A DNA stretch of 64,000 nucleotides from an uncultured virus (IMG/VR IMGVR_UViG_3300005663_000032). Its lineage: Duplodnaviria > Heunggongvirae > Uroviricota > Caudoviricetes. The stretch is taken from IMG/VR virus record IMGVR_UViG_3300005663_000032, one strand, 5' to 3'. The notes beneath the pieces are model-generated. The model did no database searches and had not been told where the DNA came from. It saw only the letters and a list, made by a program, of their open reading frames with translations. A program made the position numbers and the translations under genes. Of this stretch, positions 55,209 through 64,000 are shown in pieces; position 1 is the first letter of the stretch, and every line of letters starts with the position of its first letter.

Positions 55209-55568
55209 ATGGACAAACCTGTCGCGTTAGGAAACTGTTTTCAAAATGGTTTTAGATACCTATTATCGTCCGAGGGAAATGAAAAAATGTTTCTTGTACA
55301 CGGCATGGTGTCTGGACAGAAAGAACTTACAGAAGTAAGATATCATCATTGCTGGATAGAGTACTGCGAGAAAGTCCAAGGATATAATCTTTGGATGGTA
55401 TTAGATCCGTCTCAGGACATGAAAAATCCCTATATAATTCCTAGAGATTACTATTACAAAGTCGCAGAAGTCATCGAGACTAACTTGAAACGATACGGCC
55501 GAATTGACGCACTCATACTTTCAGTAAAACAGTTGCATTATGGCAACTGGGAAGAACTAGGAGATTAA
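55209..55568 (+). CDS. possible papain/transglutaminase-fold protein
   Basis: GNCF...LVHG...HCWIE...VLD pattern (Cys-His-acid). Confidence 0.5.
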   Translation: MDKPVALGNCFQNGFRYLLSSEGNEKMFLVHGMVSGQKELTEVRYHHCWIEYCEKVQGYNLWMVLDPSQDMKNPYIIPRDYYYKVAEVIETNLKRYGRIDALILSVKQLHYGNWEELGD

Positions 55569-55576
55569 TATTTCAC

Positions 55577-56068
55577 ATGCAAATTGCATTTACAAAATCG
55601 GAAAAAATACAAATACTTTTAACATTTGGTATCTTCCTGACAGTGCTTACGATACTGTTCTGTGCTTTTGAAGCTTGGACCTACCACATTGCTGTCTTTC
55701 ATATACAACCTCTGACTTTTACACTAATCGTCTTATATTTAATATTATGGTGGCTAATAGTGCTGGCCTATATTACTGGTGGTGGTTTATTTTCGTTATC
55801 GCCTAAAAAAAACGATCTTGACACAGATTACCAGATGGAGGCTCTAGGATGGGCATTATTTATTGCTCCTATAATATTGATATTACTGGGATATTATATA
55901 TTCATATTTATTTTTGGACCATGGGTCAAAAGCCCAAATGATAGACTTGAAGAATTGGAAGAATTAGTAAAAAAACAGGTTGAAAAAACTGCTTCGACAG
56001 AAAATCGAATCGACCAACTCTCAGAAAAAATTCTGACACGCCTTGAAGAATTGGAATCAAAGGCTTAA
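55577..56068 (+). CDS. multi-TM membrane protein, paralog of 56078-56599
   Basis: MQIAFTKSEKI...ENRIDQLSEK. Confidence 0.8.
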   Translation: MQIAFTKSEKIQILLTFGIFLTVLTILFCAFEAWTYHIAVFHIQPLTFTLIVLYLILWWLIVLAYITGGGLFSLSPKKNDLDTDYQMEALGWALFIAPIILILLGYYIFIFIFGPWVKSPNDRLEELEELVKKQVEKTASTENRIDQLSEKILTRLEELESKA

Positions 56069-56077
56069 ATATTTCAC

Positions 56078-56599
56078 ATGCAAATCTCATTAAACAAAAC
56101 CGAGAAAATTGTATTACTATATTTGTTAGCTATACCTCTGGCAATCTTAACCATACTATTCTGGACACAGAATTGGAGAGATTATAAATGGGTGGCTATT
56201 GCGGGCAATCCAGATGATCCTATGAATAACGATCTGAATTTACCATATGTGACTATTCTCATATTTGCATATTATATATTGTTGTTCTACAGTGTCGGAT
56301 CTGCACAAATCAACCGTGCGCGAGGGACTCCACTGCACCGCGCTCCATTTGGCACGAAGCCTCCAAAACATAACGAAGATTTTGATGGGATGTGGGATGC
56401 ATTCGCATGGTCATTTTTGGTTGTCATCATGCTGACAATACAGATTATTGCACTTATTATCATAATGCTTACATTTGTAATTTCTCCATGGCGTGCCAAC
56501 AATCAAATGGCGATGGAAAAAACTATCGCATTAGAAAACCGAATGGACGAACTATCTGATAAATTCTTTACCCGTCTTGAAACACTTGAAGAAAATTAA
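56078..56599 (+). CDS. multi-TM membrane protein, paralog of 55577-56068
   Basis: MQISLNKTEKI...ENRMDELSDK. Confidence 0.8.
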   Translation: MQISLNKTEKIVLLYLLAIPLAILTILFWTQNWRDYKWVAIAGNPDDPMNNDLNLPYVTILIFAYYILLFYSVGSAQINRARGTPLHRAPFGTKPPKHNEDFDGMWDAFAWSFLVVIMLTIQIIALIIIMLTFVISPWRANNQMAMEKTIALENRMDELSDKFFTRLETLEEN

Positions 56600-57329
56600 T
56601 ATTTCTATGACAGATATAGAAGTCTCACGTGATACTATCACAATCGGAGACACAAAATTAGTCATCAACGCACACAAGGAGATAGTGATTAAATTCGATG
56701 ATGAATCAAAAGAATTGTTATCTCGTAACGGTGTGGCCTATCTGGCACAAAAACTAGGTGAATTCCTAGAAACAGGTAATTTTCAAAATTAATATTTCAT
56801 GTCAGAAAACGGCATACTTGCAGCAATGTGTGAGAGACATAATTTATTTTACTCTGCTGATAATGAGGAAATTTGTCCAAAATGTGTTGAAGAGGGCGCA
56901 GTATTGGTAAAATGTATTGAATGTCAATCAACCGATGTATTCAAAATAAATAAAGATAAAAAAGATACTAAGCTTGGTTGCACTGATTGTGGTGCAAGAT
57001 TTGAATTCAAATCAGATTAATATTTCATGAAACCATGTGGTGTATGTGGGGAATCAATAATTGATTTCAACATATCATTAAGGTATCAAACCAAGATTTT
57101 GATAACAGTCTGTTCAATCGACTGTTTTACTGGGCTTGTAAAAGCGGCTGACAAACTGCTTGGAATTAATTTCAAAAAACCAGAATTAGAATGGGGCAAA
57201 ATTGCAGAAATGATCGAAAGGTTCAAGGAAAATTTAGTTGACTTATATTGACTTCTAATTGCGCCCCCTCGATACATTTATATTAATATTTCACATCAAT
57301 TTATATATCAGGACATAAAAAGATATTTC

Positions 57330-57668
57330 ATGTCGGAAGAGACATTTGAGAAACAACTCTGCCAGATGTTAAAAAATCTGGAAGCTTATCGTGTTGATAA
57401 TTTCGCTGGAGAAATGGCTTCATTATCTCACAAAAACGGTCTGGAACTCGATAGAATTATATTCGAGGTAAAAATATTTGACAAAGCCCTTTCAAAATTG
57501 GAGGAAAAGGATGTCAAGAACGTGGTCTCCCACTTGACCAACATAATGTGGAATTTCTATCATTTCGAGAGAAAACGAAGAGAGATTGATGATGTTCCTT
57601 CTCTATGGCGTGTTGCAAACGGTGACATGAATCATCTTCGTGTCTTCCTAAACATGGAGCGCATTTAA
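57330..57668 (+). CDS. hypothetical protein
   Basis: behind a TATA-palindrome-motif promoter unit. Confidence 0.75.
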   Translation: MSEETFEKQLCQMLKNLEAYRVDNFAGEMASLSHKNGLELDRIIFEVKIFDKALSKLEEKDVKNVVSHLTNIMWNFYHFERKRREIDDVPSLWRVANGDMNHLRVFLNMERI

Positions 57669-57680
57669 TATTTCTGCCCA

Positions 57681-58175
57681 GTGAGGAAAATTCATATGAA
57701 AACCATACAAAGCACATATCTAAGATATGCATTCGACAATTCCGACAAGGTATATCTCATCATGATGGAAGTAGATGATGATGAATATTATCTTGTGAAA
57801 TATGGATATGGTCGATTTGGGAGTATCCCCAAAGTTTCATACAAGGCCGCACCCGGTAATCAGACCAGAATGGCCCAAGAAACTGCTGAGAAATTATATA
57901 ATAAATTACTCAGAACAAAAACAAATAAGGGATACCAATTACAAAAAGGAACATACAGCGATGCTCTTCAAAAAGAAGGATTCAATCTTGATTATGTTCA
58001 ATTGAATGAGATGCTTGGTGGGAATACCACTACATCTCTGATAAAAGCAGGCCCTGTTCGAAAACCAAAACCTGTTACGAAAAAGAGAAGAGAGTCAAAA
58101 CTGATGCTGATCAATCTTTTATCACAACAATACTTAAGGAAGCAGAAGTGGACATGCTTTAATATTTCATGGTAG
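57681..58175 (+). CDS. WGR-domain protein (C-terminus probably in the -1 frame, ending 58162)
   Basis: NSDKVY...YGYGRFG...AEKLYNKLLRTKTNKGY. Confidence 0.75.
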   Translation: MRKIHMKTIQSTYLRYAFDNSDKVYLIMMEVDDDEYYLVKYGYGRFGSIPKVSYKAAPGNQTRMAQETAEKLYNKLLRTKTNKGYQLQKGTYSDALQKEGFNLDYVQLNEMLGGNTTTSLIKAGPVRKPKPVTKKRRESKLMLINLLSQQYLRKQKWTCFNISW

Positions 58176-58764
58176 TTCTCAGCGTAGAAGAAGAAAAACT
58201 ATGTAATGAAGGAGTTAAATTCCTACTACTCTCAAACGGGTATGAGGTGTCAGATGAACTGATCAACAAAATAGTCAGAATCGTTGAAAGATTGTCGGAG
58301 GATTATGACAATTACGAAAAGAACGAGCGGATTCGAAACGATCCAACCGAACTAGAAAACTATCTTACAATGTACTGGAAAGCATATGGTAGGTGTAGGG
58401 AAAAGAAACAAGCTGCAAGAAGAATTTACAAAGGTTTTATTATCGATTTAACTAGCGAGGCTGAATTCAATACCGAACACCAAAAAAGATATGGAGTACC
58501 ATACAACTAATATTTCATGGTTTGGGAACCAGAAACAAGCGATATTGATTGGACAAAAAACACACTATCTCAACTTAAAATTGGTGGAATTTGGGTATCT
58601 AGTTATTATTCCATTAGAAAATTATCAGAAACCACTTTCGAGTTTGATCATCTAAACAAATCCCATCCAGAATTCGAATTTCATTACGATGCTATAAACA
58701 AAGTAATGATTGAACTCGGGTGGATACTAAACGATCCTATAAAATAAAAGGAGATTGAAAAATA

Positions 58765-58917
58765 ATGGCAACAAAACAAAATTCTATTTGTTTAAATAAG
58801 AAAAATGGTAAAACATGTTTTTATGGATTACATTCGAATAAATCTGATAAGGATATCGAAAATCATTGGAAAAAAGATAATTGTAAATCAGATTTAAAAA
58901 AGGAGATTGAAAAGTAA
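58765..58917 (+). CDS. small hypothetical protein flanked by 16-bp direct repeats
   Basis: AGGAG SD; 50 aa. Confidence 0.55.
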   Translation: MATKQNSICLNKKNGKTCFYGLHSNKSDKDIENHWKKDNCKSDLKKEIEK

Positions 58918-59504
58918 ATATTTCATGTCTACAATAGACGTAGAACGCAGAATCAAATCTCTACAAGAGATCGGAAAAGATTTATCATTAGAACTTATTA
59001 TATTCCTTTTTGGTCTTTGGTGGCTTTATGTGGGGTCTTTAATTGGCTTCATATTCTTATCGTATAGTCTTGCAGCTATCGTTGGATATTTTGTCTTTAA
59101 GAAATATCTGGGGTTATATACGATCAAATACGCCGAATCAGATGAGCCTTGCGAAGATGAAAATTGTGAGGAATACCATTGCACAAAATGCGATCGACAC
59201 TTCACGGGCAGCAACCCGCAGATGAAAGATGATGAGATAGAATGTCTTCACTGTTTTGAACTGGAACAAGATTGCGGTTAATATTTCATGCCTAAATGGA
59301 AAAAAATAGATGAACTCATGTTACAGATAAGTAACCGGGTTAGAACCTATTCAGTTTTCTTTGAACTCGGCTTACTCATCTATGGGGCAATAAACGGATT
59401 CACATTGACAATCATTGCATTTCTAATAATGTTCGCTCATAGCACAACTCATGCAAACACTGAGCGATTGATAAATCAGGCCCTTGGGTCTTAATATTTC
59501 GGCT

Positions 59505-60038
59505 ATGCCAAAATCTCGACAATCATTAATGAAGATAAATATTCGAGAATGGAGAAAGCATAGAATGTTAAAATTAACAATCGAATGTGATGCCTGTAAA
59601 ACTTCCATCGATAAGAAGGGAGAATTCAAGGGCAAAACACTTGAAGAATTGAAACGCGTAATGCAAGATTCAGGATGGACTAGAACAAAAAGCGATAGCT
59701 ACATTGGTCCAAAATGTGACGCACTATACACTCGTATAGATGGAATGAAACTTGGAATGGATACTGGTATCATCTCGCATGATACCAGTGATGAGAATAG
59801 GGATAAAAAACCATCTGTTGAAATCATCGGCGATGATTCTTTTACTTGGGGGTATCAATCTCGTTATTGTATTCTTGGATTTAAATCTGCAAGTGGAAAG
59901 AACTCTCATGAGAAGAAATTCCACAAAGATAAATATGTGGCACCACTACGTGGTGAGGCAAGAAAAACACAGATTAAAAAGGATAATTTTGGCAAAAGAG
60001 GTGGAAAGGGAAGGCCCGATCCAGCCTGTCAAAATTAA
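59505..60038 (+). CDS. hypothetical protein (start corrected)
   Basis: IECDAC; motif-bounded. Confidence 0.65.
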   Translation: MPKSRQSLMKINIREWRKHRMLKLTIECDACKTSIDKKGEFKGKTLEELKRVMQDSGWTRTKSDSYIGPKCDALYTRIDGMKLGMDTGIISHDTSDENRDKKPSVEIIGDDSFTWGYQSRYCILGFKSASGKNSHEKKFHKDKYVAPLRGEARKTQIKKDNFGKRGGKGRPDPACQN

Positions 60039-60309
60039 ATATTTCATGGTAAAGTGTCATATCTGTGGGCGTTTTGTGTCCAAAAATAAACCATGTAATC
60101 GAGTACACAATATGGAAAAGTACTATGAAAGAATGGACGCACAACAACAATATCAAGATGATTTACACCACGAATATTTATTAGAACAAGCTGGCGGATT
60201 AGACGAAGTTCAAAGACAAGAGAGGCTGAGATATTATGGTGAAGAATAACTACCCCTTAGGTTTTCTAGGGTCAAATTTCCAACCAAACCAACACAAATT
60301 AAATATTTC

Positions 60310-60858
60310 ATGGAACGACAAGACGTACCATTAGGAACTCATAAAATTGGGAACTTACTTTTCTCTAAAACCTCTCGAATGGAGCTTGGAGATCCCTGTT
60401 ATGAGGGAGACAAAGTTCAAACAAATTTTGTAAGAGGCAACTACCATTGTTTTATTAATGTAGTTGAAATCGATGATTGGGGCAAAAGAGTCCAACGCAT
60501 GTGGGTTGAACACGAAGACCATATTAATAAGCCGAAAAAATGGCATAGCACCGAGACAATGCTTGGGGTTGATGCGGGATTAATGTCAATCAATACTGAT
60601 GGATATCAGACTTATGATACATTTTTACCTAAACTGGAAAAAGCTGAGAAAGAACAAAATCCTTTTGCACAAATCATTGATAAAAGACATTTTGTTTCTT
60701 CGAGTGGATATGGCGATGGGAACTATCCTGTGGCAGTTTCAAGAGAAAATGGTGACATTGGGCTTATAGCTGCCTTGGGAATTGTATTTATTTACAATGA
60801 AACCCACCCTTATTTAACTGAAGAAAAATTTGTTGCCGAACACGAAATGAATGTTTAA
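60310..60858 (+). CDS. DUF4241-like protein
   Basis: GDPCY, GVDAG, SSGYGDGNYPV. Confidence 0.65.
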   Translation: MERQDVPLGTHKIGNLLFSKTSRMELGDPCYEGDKVQTNFVRGNYHCFINVVEIDDWGKRVQRMWVEHEDHINKPKKWHSTETMLGVDAGLMSINTDGYQTYDTFLPKLEKAEKEQNPFAQIIDKRHFVSSSGYGDGNYPVAVSRENGDIGLIAALGIVFIYNETHPYLTEEKFVAEHEMNV

Positions 60859-61362
60859 TATTTCATGACTAAAAAACACAAATGTCCCAAATGTGGTTCT
60901 GATGACATAGTTGCCGCGGGGGCATTGACTGTGAATTTAAAAACAGGAAAAATCCATTCAATACAGACTTTAACACATTTTGAATGTTTAGATTGTAAAT
61001 TCACAGAAGACTGGATTCCACAAGATGGGTCTCCCATATTTTCTGAATTAGAAAAAGAATGGTTGAAATAATATTTCATGTCCGAAGAGAAAAATCTCAA
61101 AGAATTATTGAAAGAGAAACATAATACAGTAGGTCTTTCAGAAGTAATTTGCAGCGGTTGCAAAAAAGTTCTCTTGGCCGATTATGTCATCCCATCAGAT
61201 GTCAGCAAATTAAGCTACCCAATAAACATCGCCTGTGGTGGGTTTATAGCAGACCATTTTCACACAGAAAAAAGATTGCTTATTACTAACGTGGGTCGTT
61301 TTCTATGGTACAAAGATGGAGAAATTTACAAAAACATATGGGATCAACAATAAATATTTCGC

Positions 61363-62223
61363 ATGGCAGGAGGAACCTCAATGCTATGTCATAAAGGTTC
61401 ACCAGATGAATTAAAACCATTTGGCGACGATACTATGGCAGAACAAAAATTTGATGGTGATCGAGTAATTGCAGTTGTCAAAGCTGGCAAAGTTGCATTA
61501 CTTAGTAGAACCAACAACAACATCACTTATCGTTATCCGGAGATAATTGAACAATTAAGGAAGATAAAAAGTGATGTGATACTCGATGGTGAGATGATTG
61601 TCCTGATCAACGGAAGAGACGAATTCAATGAGGGAATTTCCCACAGACGAAGTTTAAAATCTGAAGAGAAGATCAAGGCACGCGTGATCACTCATCCCGC
61701 AACATATATGGCATTTGACATATTAGTAATGAATGGTAATGAAGTAATAACAAAAACGCTGACTGAGCGAAGAAAATTACTTCAGGGGCTATTCGACAAA
61801 GAAAAATATGATGATGTGATTAGAATATCACAACAGTTCACTGACATCCAGAAAGCATGGGATGATGCAGTTAAGAACGATCAAGAAGGAATCATTATAA
61901 AAAATATGTCTAGCCAGTATTCTTATGGACGATCAAGAAATTGGTTGAAAATAAAATACAATAAAGATGCCGATCTGGTATTCGATTCTTATGAAGAGAA
62001 TCCTGCTGGAGGCAAATTGATCAAGACAGTCGCACATGAAGATGATGAGATAGAAATTAATCTTGAGAAAAAACCATTGCATGTACAATGTGCCGGGTTT
62101 AATTGGGCTCCAGTCAAAGCACGATTGGATTCAAATAAATCTGCAAAAATCAAAGTGCAGTATCTTGGTATTACCAAAGACAAAAGATTACGGATGCCAA
62201 CATTCAAAGAGATGTTGGATTAA
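61363..62223 (+). CDS. ATP-dependent DNA ligase (minimal)
   Basis: motif I EQKFDGDR, ILDGEM, AFDIL, EGIIIK, WLKIK, LRMPTF. Confidence 0.92.
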   Translation: MAGGTSMLCHKGSPDELKPFGDDTMAEQKFDGDRVIAVVKAGKVALLSRTNNNITYRYPEIIEQLRKIKSDVILDGEMIVLINGRDEFNEGISHRRSLKSEEKIKARVITHPATYMAFDILVMNGNEVITKTLTERRKLLQGLFDKEKYDDVIRISQQFTDIQKAWDDAVKNDQEGIIIKNMSSQYSYGRSRNWLKIKYNKDADLVFDSYEENPAGGKLIKTVAHEDDEIEINLEKKPLHVQCAGFNWAPVKARLDSNKSAKIKVQYLGITKDKRLRMPTFKEMLD

Positions 62224-62533
62224 TATTTCATGGACAAAGATTATATTTGGACCCCAAAAAGATTTAGGTTATACTCAGCAGTGAAAACTGAACCTGATAG
62301 GTATAGGCTGGTCTTTGGCACAATAAAACCGAAATCAAAACCGCCTCAAGAAATAACTTCAACATTTATACTTAACGAAAAAGAATTTCAAAATTTAAAG
62401 AAAAAAATATTTTGATGGGGGAGTTATTCTAATCTATCTTATAGCCAACTTAATGGGTTTTATGTGGGCACAATTATATTATCTCCCCATATTCAATACG
62501 GAGAAAAAACACATGAGAACAATTTAATATTTC

Positions 62534-62782
62534 ATGTTTTTCAAAAAAGAAAACATTGATTCTATATATACACTATTGATGCTGTTTTTGATACTTCTAA
62601 TACTACTTAGATATGTTAGAATTTTCATGGCTCTCAATACAATTTTAATTTGGGTATGGCTTGGCCTTCTGATGATTCTATCAGCGTATGGTGTCAAAAG
62701 CGGGCATTTCGCCGAAACATTACAGAAATACGAGCAGAAATACGAGACTAAACATGCAATAAAGGAAAAAGGAGATAAGTAA
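62534..62782 (+). CDS. membrane protein, paralog of 54842-55063
   Basis: high nucleotide similarity starting at the motif. Confidence 0.8.
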   Translation: MFFKKENIDSIYTLLMLFLILLILLRYVRIFMALNTILIWVWLGLLMILSAYGVKSGHFAETLQKYEQKYETKHAIKEKGDK

Positions 62783-63157
62783 TATTTCGGTGGCTGAATG
62801 CGAATAAGTAAAGACCTACCAAATCCAGATCATTTTGAAAAATGCCAAAGTTGTTTGAAATCCTATGATGCAATGACAAAAGTAGACATAGGGAAAACAC
62901 GCCCTTGGAGTTTTTATTTATGTTCTGACTGTAAAGATGAATTAAAAGAAAAATTATAATATTTCATGGCATTTACTAACAGATACCTAAAATCATTTCA
63001 TTGGTTCTCACTAGGCATGGTGGTGGGTTGGGGAGTGAGTCGTCGCGCTGAAATTGAAAACTGGAATCAAGATTACATCTGGCTTATACTAATTCTAATC
63101 CCATTTTTAATGATAGGATTGGATTCTCTGCTTCCAGAGAAAAAAGATTAATATTTC

Positions 63158-63340
63158 ATGGACAAAGTTCATCGAGGCGATATTATGAATGATATATCTG
63201 ATAGCCTCACAGTGGAATTAAAACCTCACGAAAAATCAGTTCATTGCAATGAAAACTGTGTTACGAATGAGAAATTCGCCAATGCAATGGATAACATTTG
63301 GAGTGCAATTAAAGGCTACTTCAAAGAACAAATTGCCTAA
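63158..63340 (+). CDS. hypothetical protein, paralog of 46165-46350
   Basis: MDKVHRGDIMNDISDSL. Confidence 0.8.
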   Translation: MDKVHRGDIMNDISDSLTVELKPHEKSVHCNENCVTNEKFANAMDNIWSAIKGYFKEQIA

Positions 63341-63611
63341 TATTTCATGAGTATTTGTGATACCGAATACGAAACAACAAACGCAAAAGGCGATTATATT
63401 GTGGGTGTCAAATGTCCGAAAGAACACGATGACCACTGTGCGAACCACTGCCCATTGGAGGAAGATTCTAAACAACTCGAGGATACCTATGATGTTGCAG
63501 ACGCAGATGAGAATGAATGCTCACTAGAGGCCACTTTTACTTGTATTTACTGTGGAAAAGTAAATCATACCAAAACAATTTATTATGCTAAAGTGGACGA
63601 ATAATATTTCT

Positions 63612-64000
63612 ATGCCAGATGACATGAACAACTGTGGAAGCTGTCAAAACTTAACTTTTTTTATATCTGCCTGTTTTCATTGTGAGGCTAAAATTTGTAG
63701 AGAATGTTATCGAAATAACCATGGAGATAATTGCTTATATAATCAGTACAAACAAAAAACTATTCAGACAGAAAAAGAAAAAGAAAAATGGCGACCTCTC
63801 ACAGAAGAAGAACTTGTGACATATGAACGGAATAGAAAATCACAGATTAACTATACCGAAAACATGATCGAGAATGATAAACTCGATATTGAGAAATATT
63901 ATCGTTGGATTAAAAAAGATAAGGAATTAATGAAAAAAATTCCAAAGCGAATCAAGGCTCGAAAACGAGCTATTGAGAAAAAAAGAAAAAGACTCGAATA
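63612..64000 (+). CDS. Cys-rich protein, runs off the window
   Basis: motif-ATG; CGSC...CFHC...CREC. Confidence 0.65.
   Translation, partial: MPDDMNNCGSCQNLTFFISACFHCEAKICRECYRNNHGDNCLYNQYKQKTIQTEKEKEKWRPLTEEELVTYERNRKSQINYTENMIENDKLDIEKYYRWIKKDKELMKKIPKRIKARKRAIEKKRKRLE

Larger units (their letters stand above)
1682..63610 (+). repeat. dispersed inter-gene motif (T)AATATTTC, about 130 copies
   Basis: e.g. 7921, 8389, 8516, 17229, 26864, 36779, 44948, 53595, 62221; overlaps the upstream TAA and precedes ATG by 0-3 nt. Confidence 0.97.

Noticed and set aside
7666..60249. ORF-track N-termini containing NNISM / NIS / KYFM
   Set aside because: These peptides are translations of the DNA motif, not a protein motif; the true starts are at the ATG after the motif.
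757..63475. Minus-strand ORFs in the ORF track
   Set aside because: All overlap + strand genes, lack recognisable motifs and lack the start motif; treated as shadow ORFs.
7435..63610. CRISPR array or classical integron attC sites
   Set aside because: The repeat is only 8-9 nt, the intervening units are whole genes, there is no RYYYAAC...GTTRRRY hairpin, and no cas or intI gene lies in the window.
1..64000. Alternative genetic code
   Set aside because: Long conserved genes (ligase, AAA ATPases, TnpB) are intact in code 11, and TAA, TAG and TGA all terminate genes.

Overview
AT-rich, gene-dense 64 kb segment with essentially every real gene on the + strand. There are no housekeeping or virion genes; most genes are small hypothetical, CxxC or membrane ORFs. 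Archaeal-type signals (TATA boxes about 25 nt upstream of leaderless starts, AGGTG Shine-Dalgarno sites, a TFB-like cyclin/HTH protein) suggest a large archaeal virus or extrachromosomal element; this is inference. The dominant feature is an 8-9 nt motif, (T)AATATTTC, which I counted about 130 times by eye on the + strand. It usually overlaps the TAA stop of one gene and lies 0-3 nt before the ATG of the next, so the region reads as an array of motif-bounded single-gene units that appear to have been duplicated, truncated and shuffled. Near the left end, a tandem cluster of four tRNA-mimic or structured RNAs (three share a covarying core) lies directly upstream of a Ro60/TROVE-vWA gene, which suggests a new Y-RNA-like system. 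Other recognisable genes: a TnpB (IS200/IS605-type) element, MoxR-type AAA plus vWA/metallopeptidase, a second AAA+ ATPase, a PNK-like kinase, a DUF3150-like protein, HEAT-like repeat proteins, Ku-like, ATP-dependent DNA ligase, WGR, HhH and SLOG proteins. Many starts in the supplied ORF track run upstream through the motif and are corrected here. All family assignments are by eye.
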